From Psilocybe cubensis (Eukaryota): DNA of 64,000 nt. Below are positions 43,627 to 56,427 of this stretch, one piece after another. Each line of letters opens with the position of its first letter. Within the stretch, counting starts at the first letter, position 1. The position numbers were made by a program, and so were the translations under genes. The stretch lies in contig CM038998.1 in assembly GCA_017499595.2 (NCBI GenBank), forward strand, positions 3,224,001-3,288,000, given 5' to 3'. Below the pieces are notes generated by a model that searched no databases, was not told the DNA's origin, and saw only the letters and a list, made by a program, of their open reading frames with translations.

Positions 43627-43738
43627 GCTTTTGATATTTTACATTGGTGTGCGCCGGTGCATAATCTATACCTGTCTATACCCTATTTAATTTGCGCTTA
43701 TTTACCAGCTGTATATATATATATCCTTCTACCGATTC

Positions 43739-44848
43739 TTATTGAACTTTATGTATGCCTGAGGTGTCTGATTCTATAGGTTTCCACTCCGCAGCGAGAC
43801 GCAATTCTCCGTCCGGGCATCCACTCAACGGCCACCATTTCCGACTTGATTCATCTTGTGCTACTAAAAGTTCGTCAAGACCCAGGGTCAGATGTCCATA
43901 AACAATGGTTTTAACACCCTCATAACGTTCGGCGACTTTGATGACGATTATAGTAGATGACTTTTCAAAGCATACGAAATCAAACACTGAATTCCATATT
44001 GGAAAATCAGAGCAATAGGAGGGCTCCGTGATATGGAATGGGTTGTCGCTCCAACCAAAGCTAGCTATGGCGATTAGTTTTCTTGCCTTTCTTGAGTAGG
44101 TGGACCACTGGAGGTTCTTTGCACGTTGTATTCGAATTGTTACAACTCCAACCTCTGAACAGACATAAGTTGAGTACTCTTTCTGTGGCAAGTAACCAAG
44201 CTCACCGACCGCTTATGCTAGAACGGGTGATTGCTTTGGGGTTTGAAACGGGGTAATAAAAAATGTCAAAAAGTACAGTCCCTCTATTTATTTTGGCCTT
44301 GTTGCAGATAGAGGATTCTTGACCAGCCCGCACTGGTTCATCCTGTAGGAGAACGAGAGGAAACAAACAATGGCCGATAGTTGTGGTTCTAAAAAATTTG
44401 TGATGATTCAGGATTTTTAAATCCAATTTCTCTTGCAGAGAATATAATATGATATATGTTGATTCTGAGAACCAAGTAGGCGATTGACTATCAAAATGTG
44501 TCAGAATCATTACAGATCTAGACTAACAGCAATACCCTACGTTCTAGGTTTTTGGGTAGTGGATTTCTTTTCGGAGCGACCTTGAACACCGATGGAAACA
44601 GAGGGACGAGGATTTAGAAATCGTCGTTTGATGTTGGCAGCTTGTATCACCACACGAGCGATTCCAATTGCATCTGGATGTGGAATTTGTATGCTTGGTG
44701 TGATAGATACATAGCGATGGCTATTTTCCCCTCGAAAAAATTCAATAATAAAGGTGTAGATAGACCGTATCTGACAGCTACTTAAGCATCCACGCCATGA
44801 AGTGGAAACCAAACATACGGAGAAATTTTCCCGGATTTTCGATGCCAT
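43739..44848 (-). other. Diverged partial tricalbin paralog (two C2-like domains); gene or pseudogene, 5' end undetermined
   Basis: Three spliceable ORFs align by eye to the C2A-C2B region of the neighbouring tricalbin, e.g. WWPLSGCPDGELRLAAEWKPI vs WFPLSGCKTGRVRLSAEWKPL. Confidence 0.7.
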
Positions 44849-45486
44849 GAGTTGGGCCCTGAACAGTATAACGAGAGAGAATTCTTTGCATGGTGACAGG
44901 GGAAAGGCCTATGACTTTTAAGATAGAAATTAAAATAGAAGAATGAAAACATCGTGCTTTCCGCAACATAACTATGAAGGTAGTCTGCAGCATGTAGCAT
45001 CAATCTAGAAATATCTTCCTACCAAAGCAGATTAGGGTAAGAGACAAACCCTCTCCGGATCCAATGTGTAACCTGAGGGCGGCCTAAGAATATAATATCC
45101 TCGAGTAATAACCTTTTTGAAGAATAGACAATGTCAAATTTCATACAAATTGACAAGACACAGCGACAAATATTTCAATGAGTCGGTGGGTCGGAGATCA
45201 TGAATGTAGTCATGAGTGCTTCAGAAAGCGAAACTGGTTCAAGGACTGGGTAACTTTCAGATACTTTAGCTTCGCTAAAATTCTCGCCAAGGGCGAGGCA
45301 TCGATTGGAAAGAGTGACTCGTGTGTGTTGCATGTTAAAAGCACACCTTTCGTCCGGTGCCCCCAAGTATATTTGCCTTTTTGATTGTGAGTATTAATCT
45401 CGGGAGCCTTTGAAATTGATCCGGGTGTAGAGTATTTCGAGTACCCAACATTTACCACCTTGAAACTTCTCCTCCATTATATATCA

Positions 45487-46482
45487 ATGATACCCACTCC
45501 AAATCTATCACACTTAAAGCAAAGTGATTATGATCTTATATACGAACCTGCAGGTAGCATACCAACCTGATCTTTCATCAGTAACATGGACATCTGAACA
45601 TAACCAAAATAGAAGACACATTTCTGCTTCTTGACGCGCTCGAGGTTGATGCAGACAATCTGAAGAACTCAAAGCCAAGGGTATGCCTAGAGGTTGGGTA
45701 CGACCCCTAGAATGAATGGCGCATTGTACTCGCTGATTTCTCTCAAGGTCAGGGTCAGGATGTGTCACTAGTTTCATCGCAAATATTCTCGGTCCTTCCG
45801 TGCGTGCGTTTCCGCTTGCTGCCAAACATCTACAATTCGCTGACAATTTGTACAGTTTATCTATGCACTGACATAAACCCACATGCATGCCAATGCACTC
45901 TTCGAACGGGCGTGCAAAATCATGTTGGTAGCTTTGATCGTACTCTTTATTCTCTGGTCTTATCCAATATTGACTTCATAGGTTGATATTCATGTTGTGA
46001 ATGGCTCGTTAGACGAGCCATTTCAACAACGATTATCCCGCAAAATTGACGTCATTATATTCAATCCTCCATACGTTCCCACTTCTGAAGAAGAAGCTAT
46101 GATCGCTCAAAGCTCTCGTAACATTGGGGGTGCCTGGGCTGGTGGCTCAGATGGCATGCTGGTCACAAATGTTCTTTTGCAACGTATCGAAGTACAAATT
46201 TCGTTATTACATCAGTATTTCAGCCCCGATCAACTAATTTTTACGCAGGCATTATTATCGCCAAACGGACGGTTTTATCTCGTCGCTTTGAAACAAAACG
46301 ACATCCCTAAAATATTGCAAACCATGGAACAACGATTTCAACTGTGTGGCGAGGTACTTATCCTCACTCTTTCCTCATTATACAAAGTTAATCTTTGATA
46401 GATCGTGTTGCAACGACGTGCTGGTCGGGAACACTTGTTTATAATCCGATTTCTAAGGGGAAATAAGACACTAAATCAATGA
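45487..46482 (+). CDS. MTQ2: eRF1 glutamine methyltransferase Mtq2/N6AMT1 (HemK2)
   Basis: MIPTP..IYEPA-EDTFLLLDALE, CLEVG-SGSGCV, DVIIFNPPYVPT, AWAGGSDG, RRAGREHL. Confidence 0.92.
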
Positions 46483-46680
46483 AATAGAATCGGGCATTAG
46501 CACAATTTAAAACGCAATGCGTTCCTACAAAGTGACGATTGAAAGCATAAATTATTACAGTAAGCTACGAATAAGTCCTGATGAAGACATGATAATGAAT
46601 GAAAGTAAATAAAAAAAAGTGAGAAAGTGCCTATAAAAGCCGGTACGAGTCCACAGAGAACTAGTTAATAAAGGTTTTGA

Positions 46681-49600
46681 TCATGAGTCGTCATGCTCGT
46701 TAGGGCGTCGTCCTCGTATGCTAAAGCGCGAGGGAGATGAAAGAATAGATGTCGTCCTCGTCATCTGCTCTCCAGAATGTGTCGAAGCACTACTGCTTAG
46801 GTTCGGATTGGATGATGCATCGAACTCGAAGCGCAGTCTGACAAGTCCTCCTTGTCGCAGTTCGACAAAGACATCTGCTGACGAAATACCTACTGGCTTG
46901 ATGTGACGCCAGATCTGCAAAGCAAAGTAGAAAATCAGGATGGGTAACTCAAATTATGAAACAATGAAGATTCCTACATCGATTTCTCCCTCGCCAATCT
47001 CTTTATCTTTCCCAAGAGTTTTGTGATCGTGAAGCCAGATGAACATTTTGGGCGTCATAGCAGACGCTGCAAAAATGAAAGATTCGTTCCTAAAACAATG
47101 AAGTAATGATCAGAGTACCGCAAGATACACAACGGCAATAAAAGCTCACCATTCTGGCGAATCGGTTTTGCCGGTATGCTTTGTTTTGTGCTCCTTATCG
47201 CCCAAGCGGACCGTGGCGTAAGGTTTGACGTCGTGGTGAGGAAGGTCTTTAGCATCCAGCACAGTGACTCGGAGAGTGCCTGGCTCATTGATGGCGACAG
47301 CTGCATGTCCATTACTTTCGGATGATGGGAAGTTTGCATGCCCCGACTGCATATGATCAGACACGCCAACCGGCTGAGAAGCTTGTCCAGTGGGCAAGTC
47401 CGCAGGCACACCGGCAGCTTCTTCTACCACGTCCTTGTCCCCTCCGCTGCGTTTGAATACACCAGTGACACCATGGAAAACACCCTTTCCGGCGTTAACG
47501 GGCAAGCCACCCAGAGTGGTCATCGCACGTCCAGCGGTAGTAAAGGTCGAAGTGTTCTTCCTCGATTTGGCAATGATTTCAGGCTGGAATACTAACCGCA
47601 CGCGGATTTGACCCTTTTCGCCGTGTTTCTGGCTGACGAGGTTGAGAGTGCGTTCTTGAGCCAGGAAAGGTTCGATGTCAGAAAGATCAATTTTAGCTGT
47701 TCCCAAGCTCTTGGCCTGTTCTATCTGGTTCCAATCAAAGAGCTCGAGTGAAAAGTCCGCATTGTATCGTGAAGGCTACAGCAAAAATGCACATCAGACG
47801 ACAAAGTTTGTTTACAGCGCAAGAGATACGCACCACAGAGACTTCAAAGTGTTCATTCCATTCGGGAGTAACTGTCTTCTTTTTAGTCTGGGACTTGAAA
47901 ACCTTTTGGCCATTGAGTTGGAAGACAGCATAAGGATCAGATTTTCCTGAACAACAATATTAGAATCCTAGTTATACACGCGACGAAACTCCACACATAC
48001 CTCCTCTGTCAACACCACGGATCTCATGGCCATCAATAAGATCAACACGCAGAATGCCTTGGTCTGAATATTTCAGGTCAAGATGCAGGTCTGAAGCTTG
48101 AAGACGATATCACATACTGTTGACACTTTCGCGTGGCTCCAGCTTGACGGGAACAGGGATATAGCGGGCCTCGACGGTCACAGATGATACATTCTTGCCA
48201 TCCTCATCCATAAGCTCATAGGTACGTGGACCCGACTGATCAAGTTAAAAAAAGTCAGAAAATGCATAAAGGAACTTTTTTTGAAAAAACGCACCATGGT
48301 TGCTTGCAGGAATGCTTTTGAATCGCCCTTCCATTCTGCAACGATATCATCCTTCGAGTTTTCGTCCGCCTCGTTCAAACGGAGCCAGACGCGTCCAAAG
48401 TCGACTTCCTTGACAAACCCTTCACCGACATAACCGAACTGGGCGTGCACACTGCGAGCCTTGACAGTGCTGAAGCATGGCCAGTACCCATCGTCAAGAA
48501 GCACTTCCACACGCCCCTTCTTTGCAAGTCTACCAGAGATCACATGGAACACAATAATTCCAGATTCTACACGAAAAAAACGAATGAGAATCAAGTTACA
48601 ATGTAAGAAAAACAAAAACGAAAAAGCTCACGTTGGGCAAGCAATTCCTCGTCGCTCATCTCGACAAATACTTCCTTCTTCTCTGGCGTAGAAGTCGCTG
48701 GCGTCGCTGGAGTAACAGGTGTAACGGGACTGGTCGGTGCACTCCCTCCAGAGTTCCTCCTTGCCGAGTCCGTTCCATTCGACTTCTGGGATTTCGAGCT
48801 CTTGGTCGATTGCCCAGAAATGCTCATCGAATCCGACGACTTGGCAGGCTTGACAGGGCTCTTCGGGTCGGACGTGATCGTCACACCCGGAGGAACATCG
48901 TGTCCGTCCGAAGACGAAGAGTCCGTCACGTAGCCGCCGTCGTCGTCGCCTCCCTGCTGACGCGCAAGCTGTCCCGCTTCAGTGTTCTGCGTCTCGAACT
49001 TGTGGAATTTGACGTTGAGCGTGGGGATGAATTCTGCCGAATAGTAGAGTGTTCCCTTGTGCGCGTTACCCTTGTCGAGACGTATAGGGTCGGCCATGGT
49101 CTTGACACCGCGTGATTGATAGCGGTGTTGTACGTCGTCTGGTGTTTCTGTAGCCAGGTCGGACACATGGAGGTCGACAGAGCCTAGTGATCGGTCTTTT
49201 GTCAAGTGTTGATAATCCATGCATTCGAGCATGAGAGTCTAAAAACAGGTCAGAAAGTGATTTAAATAATTCAAGAGGGAATGTTCCTAACCTCCTTCAA
49301 AGTGTGGACTTTACTCAAGCCTCAGTACGTTGTATTCCCCCCAAAGAAATGATAAAAGCTCACCAGGAATGTAAATAATCTGGTCCCAGACAGGATTCAA
49401 ATCTTCACGGAAATCAGCAAGGGGTTACTATAAACAGAACAGAACAAGCGCTCACTGTTATTGATAACCTCGGTTCTACCCTTTGTGACATTCTGTACTT
49501 GCACTCGGACATAAGGATCACTCTTGCCGCCCAGCGTGGCTTCTACGTTCCTAGAAACGCAAAAAATGCAATCAGCAACACAGTTCGACACCAAAACAAA

Positions 49601-52305
49601 CAAACAAGACAAACTCACTTTACATCAACCGCCTTGTCAATTACCAACTTGACGACACCAATGGGCGGTGCATACTGCTCGGAACCATGGAGCGCACCCG
49701 CCATGCTAAGCGGCTTCCACTCGGCCGACAACCTCACACGACCGGTCTTGCACCCGCTCAGAGGGAACCAATCCTTCCCAGCCTGACCACTCGACGCAAG
49801 CAGATCCTGCAGGGCAATCGTCATATAACCTACAACCGGGTCTTTCAAAAAGTCGCGGTCGTCGATAGCCTTGATGGTGACCGTCGCCGCGTTCTTGTCC
49901 GTGCATAGGTACTCGTATGAGGCTTCCCAGACGGGGTTGTTGGTGTGCTTGAAGCATGGGGTAGAATAAGCCGCGGATCGAGCGCCGTTGAGGTAGACTT
50001 TTGCGAGGGGGTTCAGATCGCCAGATAGCGACTTGGTGTGATCCAGCTCCTTGGCTTGATGGATAACCAGGCGCACAATGCCAACAGCTATTAACAAAAT
50101 CAAATACATCAGCGCGAACCAGAGTAAACACCCAGAAATACACGCACTGGAATCGAGCAATTCCTCTTTGCCCTCTTCAACTTCAACGACAGGATAGTAG
50201 TTGACATCGTAGCGCAATTCACCGCGTTCCTTTCCGTCCTTCAACAGTGGAGACACGAGATCCTCTTGCGTTGAATCCTCCAGCAATTTAGCTAATTCAA
50301 AGGTGGCAGAACCCATCAAAGTGTTCTTGCGGTGATCATTGTAATCAAGGACATTGAGATCCAGACGGTCCTTCAAGGAGTTGATAAGAATGTATTTAGT
50401 CTCCATCCATGTTGGGTTGTACCTATATCAATTGATAGATAAATTAGTACGAGAAGGCAAATATCAACAAATGGCGAAAAGAACGTACGTGTTTTTCTTG
50501 TACTTCGTCGCAGCCAGTTCAGCGCGGTTATTGATGGTCAAACTGACGTAAGGATCCGGAGTGCCACCACCGATTTTGGTGCCCGTGATTCCACGCGCAG
50601 AGCGCACGATAACCTGGATAACACCAATAGCAGCATCCAACGGTTTACCCGAAAGCATCTGCTCCAAGTTCAAGCTGAACACATTAGGGTCATACATCAT
50701 CGGCCCAAGCGTCGCGTGCGTCATATCTCTAATGAAGCTCGAGAGCCCTGGAATCTAGACCATTTTACGTCATTTTCAGTAATAAGGCCCAATAAGCACA
50801 TTCATGGAACGACGTACATTTGCAATATCGAATCCGAACGTTTCTCCACCGATAGGCTTGAGCACATATCCAATGACGGGTTTTTCCAAGAAACAAATGT
50901 CCACGACCTGGACGTGGGGGAAGTTGGACATGAGCTTCATGCGAATTCGCAGAAGCCCACTAAATGAAATGTCTTCCACTAGAATAGGCAGCGCCGCAGT
51001 CGCCAGACCCTTACCCAACCGCACTGAGAGCGTAATCTTCGGTTTAACCTGATCTAGAATCTGCCTCTCAGTCATCTCCGAGGTGTCTTTAGGGGTAAAC
51101 GATAGCCCCCAGTCCATCATTACAATGTCCTCTTCCGTTTTGGGGAAGGTGCGGACTTTGTCGATGCGCGGCGCTTTAGTGCCCAAAGTAAAGTGGGTCA
51201 ACCTCAGCGAATCGAGGAAGGCAGGTGTGTTGGTGCTCAGGATTTGGTCAACAGAAGAGACGATAGTTTGCGAGAGCACGGGCTCGTACATGAGCCAGAA
51301 CCGGTCGAGAAAGTTGTTTATCCAGTCAGCGGTCTCGTGCTCGGAAGCGAGACGCGTTTTGACGAGCTCGCGTTGAATGTCGTCGCGTGCGTAGCGTCTG
51401 ACACGCTCCATGGAGGTTGAGTAATATGTATTGCAGACGGCGAGCACGATGAAGAGCCATCCCCAACCAAATCTGAAGACGGTGAGGTAGTGTGTAGCCA
51501 AGACAGCCTAGATGGATCAGAAAATATATGAACGCGGCGTAGACAAGTGAGGTGGAAACGAGGCAAGTGGGGAGTGGGACAAGCTATTGATCAGCTTGGC
51601 ATCTTATGACGAGACGAAAACACGCACGAAGACAATAATGCCAGCATTATGATACCAGGTGCCGTAATACTGCTCTGAGAGGAACCTGTCGAGGATCCCC
51701 TTGTCCCGTTCCTCGCCCTCGGACAAGGGTGGATTGTCAATACCTGACATTTGCCGCCAGCCGACTTTGTACCAGTCAGGAATGACATATGGGCCTTTGT
51801 TGAAGGAGCCAGGGATTTCGTCTGCGGCCTCGTCCTGGATGTCCTGGGCAACTTGGTCTGTATCTTTGGCCGTGACGATGGGTTTCTTTTCGTCTTCACC
51901 ACCTGCGTCTTCAATGACGATGGTAGGCACTGCTGGCTGGGGCGACGGTGCAGGCTCCATTTTGAGCTCTAGAGTAGAAACACATTCAGTAAACGTGTAG
52001 ATTGGAATGTCGAGACTGTGGGCTGCGGAGCAAATGAAATAGTAATATGGAGGCACCGCACAAAAGTCAAACAAGAGAGGGGCTACAGCAGACGAGCGAC
52101 GAAGAAACGAACAGTACTTGCCTGTCTGAATGGGTGGTTGGGTCCTGACACTTTGCAGGTCCTCTTTACCCTTGCCAGCTTGTGCGCCCTTTTCCTGGGG
52201 GGAGGCGTCTGGGTCGAAAGAGTGGACAGCAGCGCCCTTTTCGGCATCCTTGCCCATAATAGCGTCCGGGGCGTTGTCTGCTACGACGTTGAGAAGAGCA
52301 GACAT
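46681..52305 (-). CDS. Tricalbin (SMP + multiple C2 domains, ER-plasma membrane tether)
   Basis: TM hairpin (FRFGWGWLFIVLAVC), SMP domain (ETADWINNFLDRFWLMYEP..FTLGTKAPRI) and several C2 domains (GGTPDPYV, GKSDPYVRV, KSDPYAVF). Confidence 0.93.
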
Positions 52306-52795
52306 GGCGGCGTAGACGATAGGAAGGGGCGATAAGGAAGGGTGAGAAACAGGAAGACGCGAATAAGAAGAGGTCGAGTGTGTGTGCTAAGTTAAGATGG
52401 TGTGCTACTACTTCTCTCGGAAAACGGACGGTTGACGCACGTGAGGAGGCGCGGCGTAACAGCCTGTCACCCCCCTCACTGTAAATGTGTCACGCTGACC
52501 GTCGTCTTCCATTTTGGGAAGGCGTGATGGTCGATCGTCACCTCGCTTTACGCATGTTTCGTACTCAACCTATTGCTCCCCGTTGCCTCTATACCTCTTT
52601 TATTCGCTTCTCCGTCTATCGTTACCGCTTTTGCTAATTTCTCTTAATTACAGATGCAACTATGACCTCATTTCCAAAGGCTTTGAATTGCCAGCAGCAG
52701 CAACATCAACAAATCCGATCAGGAATCTCTATGGACCTACGCTTGTGTTGGCTCTCATCTTTGTCTTGACAGTCCTCGCTCTTCTTCCTGGGGCA

Positions 52796-54479
52796 ATGGA
52801 AGAACTTCAAAGCATCAATAAGTCATCAATTCTGTTGGAGGTTGATGTTGAGAAAGGGCCGCCTCAGTCAGATGCAAGCAGGCTTCCGCTTCCCGCTCAG
52901 TCCAAAGGAGGTTCAGGGATCACGGTTTGCTACGTCGATGTGTGAGTCTTTCTGTTTTTACTTATATATTCCATTTCTAATGTAGTTTTATAGTTTTAAT
53001 ATGAAGAAAGCTGATTTGGTAGACCTGTGTCGCCAATACAAGCTTCCTGTTTCCGGTACAATCAAGGTTCTTATCGAGAGATTACAGGAGTTTAGTGGTC
53101 AGCGAGAACAATGGGACCGGTTAGCCTACTCTCTCTGTGCTTTCCTTCTAGGTGTTTATTATAGCTAATCTATTCCTACAAGACTCACTACAGGTGTTGC
53201 TCGTCGTTCTCATCTTGGGTTTAGCACCCATTCTTCTACAAAACCAACAGCCAGCCACAAAAAGTCAGTGCAGCGTCGTGAAAAAATGTTTTTGGAGTCA
53301 ACAAATACAGAAAATGGCAATCCGAAATCTCTTCCATCTATTCTATCAACGGCAGTTCAGCCCTCTCATCAATGGTGTCAAACTCGTCGAGCTGCCGATC
53401 TTGATTGGGTACGCATGTTGTATATTTGTTTAGTTGCCCTACAACTCATACTAAGCCCTCATTTGATGCTACAGGCACGTTATATTGTCAATTTATACCC
53501 ATATCGTAGAGAAGAAACTAGGAATAGGTTGGCAGAGCGTGATGCGGCACAATTTAATCAGAAACGACTGGTAAGTAGTAAACATTCTTATTATTGTTTT
53601 ATCATTAATTGTATCTATATATCTAGTTCTCAAGCTCAAATGACGATGACGTTAAGGCTGGGATTGAGATAGCGAATGGCCATCTCTTAAAAATTGTCAA
53701 CTGGGTTGAAGCTGGGACTACTTCTCCTCATCCAACTCCATCGCCCTCTCATCAGCTTCAACCAAGCACATCCCACTTTTCGGTGGCAGCTACTAAGGAT
53801 TTGCAAAATTCTCAAGGTCATTCAATTTCTGCTTCTACCACAACCACTCCTACTCGCACAGTAACTATGGCTAGTGGATCTATTACTTTTTCATCATCCG
53901 ATGTTCCACCACCACCCGCTGTTTCATTTGCTTCTGATATTCCTGGATTGAATCGCATGTGGGACGATACAAGCATTTATTGGGATGGATATTCTGTGCT
54001 TACAATTAAGGGAACGGCCATTCCTATTGTATACTGGAAGGAGATATACACCTCTAAGGGTAGTGTTGAATGGAAGCCGAAGCAGTGGGAGTCACTCAAA
54101 GGGAAATTTTTTGATTGGAAGGTAACTGGCTAATGTTCATTCTTGAATCTTGATGAATATGTTTTGACCGCTTTTTGCTCAGATTCTTGTCCATCAATGG
54201 CGACAAGGATCTCCCGAAGATTTCTGGGCTAAATTCACCAAAGACGGCAAGATACTGGGCTATCGTCAAATTCTTGATCAACTCGCTGAACAAAGAACTG
54301 CTCATGATGCACTTTTTGCACAACAGATTATGCACGAGTATGGTAATCAATTTTCATCTATTTTTTCTTATGTTAAGAATGGGACAAGACATGTCAAGAC
54401 AAAACCTTGTCATATTATTAAGCAGTACCGTAGGATGAAGGGTCTCATTAACGAAGACGACAATGATGAGGATAATTAG
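52796..54479 (+). CDS. SAP-domain protein with Trp-rich C-terminal domain (element gene, copy 1)
   Basis: Spliced exons give MKKADLVDLCRQYKLPVSGTIKVLIERLQEF (SAP-like), then PPPPAVSFASDIPGLNRMWDD..IPIVYWKEIY..W..W..FFDWK-ILVHQW..FWAKF, ending TAG at 54477-54479. The start codon is tentative. Confidence 0.7.
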
Positions 54480-54528
54480 TTGATTATGTTTTTGCTCCAA
54501 TATCTTACATCAATTATATATAATTTTA

Positions 54529-56212
54529 CTATGCACAGTGACATGTTCGTCCACACATAAAGCACTTGACTGCAGGTGGTTTATCAGAATTAAAAAAGTC
54601 TTCTCGACGCTGTGTTGGGTTATCATTCCAAGATATTAGATATCTCACAATAGTGAGATTAGAAAATTCAGTACTCCATCCACCCCATTCACAAATAGTG
54701 CGAATAGACCAACGTCTTTCTGATGAAAGGTATTGGCAACCACCACGACGGAAAGAGTGTGTTCCATATGGTATTGGATCAACGCCAATATCAAGAAGAT
54801 TGTTTCGGAACAGCTCAAGAAATTGCTCTGATGTCTATTTGAATGAGAAATAAGTAGAAGCATTTGTATAAATAGCATACCATGGGTATGTTATCAGCCG
54901 ATGGCCTATCCCCAGATGCAATCTTTCGAAAAATGTAGCCATCGGTAATCTCGCTTGCATCAAGCCAATTTGCCATTGCACGAACAGGACAAAGATGAGC
55001 CTCATTTTCTGCTAGTAACCGCAGATAAAATGGCTTAATTCCTAAAGAAATATATATTAGAATAGACTTCAAATAGTTTAAAAAAGTTTTACCGCCATGC
55101 TGATGTGTTTTGCGAAATGGTAGTGTAAGAACCAGTCCAGGTGGATTCATCTGATAAACAATATGTTCACGTCGGATTTTCAATACCTCATCTGATCGGA
55201 GTAGACAGAGAAAAGCAATTGTATAAATTGCCTCAAGAGCGCGTCGGGCTAATCCTCCTCCCCAATGGTTGCTATCTTGTTCTTTTCTAGACCCTGGAGC
55301 ATAGGGTTTGATATCATAGTTTTCGGATTTATGATTTTCATCATAAAGAGCTTTTAGAGTAGCTGAGGTGATTGCGCGTGCACTTGTTGGTGTTTCACCA
55401 TTTCGAATCTAAAAAGGAGATATATAGTCAAAACTACAGCCAATCAAGCAATTTGAGTGCAACTTGAACATTACCTTCCGAGCACGCAAACTCATCATGT
55501 ATGTTGCTACGGTGTCGGATACTGATGGATTTCCTATCATTTTACCCGTAAGCTCATTTCTTCTCCACCTATCTGAGCCTAAACCAAGTTCACGTCCAAA
55601 AAGATATGTCATAGACGCTCTCATCTTTTGGCCATGTACATAGGAATCACGGACAACATGTGTTGGCTTTAAAGTTCCATCAAGATAAATATCATCGCAT
55701 CTAGAAAATACGGTAGTTTGAAAAAAATTCCAATAGAGAAAATCAATAAGCTTACTTGTCCATAATCCATGCCGCAATGAAAAAAGGTGCATCGTCGGGT
55801 GGATTGCAACAAGCAAAATCTTCACGTTTTTTAATCATGTTCTTGCTAATCAGAAACTTGATACATTGCTTGATAAGACTAGAATAAAAACAAAATAAGC
55901 GCACTATTTAGAAATGAAGACAGGATAGTATTACCGCTGATAATCAGCATCAGTTTTGTCTGTGACTCCTTTAGATGCACCAGTAATTGTATCTCGCCAC
56001 TTGGAAGCTGTTGGATTGTGGCTATCTAAATCTTCACTAGAAAGATCATGAAGTGACAGATTGGGCAGAGTCTCTGTTTCACCGTCGAGATCGTTTTCAA
56101 CGTCTTCTGGTATAAATGGTTCATTTTCAATAGTAGGAGAAGGACTGCCAGATATAATGGAGTTTAGACCGGCATAGATTGAGTTTGAGGGCACCACCAT
56201 TGAGGAAAGCAT
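54529..56212 (-). CDS. Tyrosine recombinase (Crypton-like), six exons, copy 1
   Basis: Catalytic set read in frame across introns: FLCLLRSDEVL (R), LPFRKTHQ (K), YGTHSFRRGG (HxxR), CEWGGW (W), TIVRYLIS (Y). Also HLCPVRA and a C-terminal CFMCGRTCHC. Confidence 0.9.
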
Positions 56213-56427
56213 AGTAGGGATTAGATTTAAGAAATTGTAGCGGAAAGGAGTACACTGATTAGAATATATACTTTTGTAAAGCTTACTGCGGACAAAACAG
56301 ATAGGAGTAGTAGACTCATTTGAAACACATTGTAAGAAGGCAATTTACAGCAAGGAGGCGATCTAGTGGCATTATGGTGAAGACACGCTCAAACACGTAA
56401 AAAAACAAATATAAGCCATACCTAATT

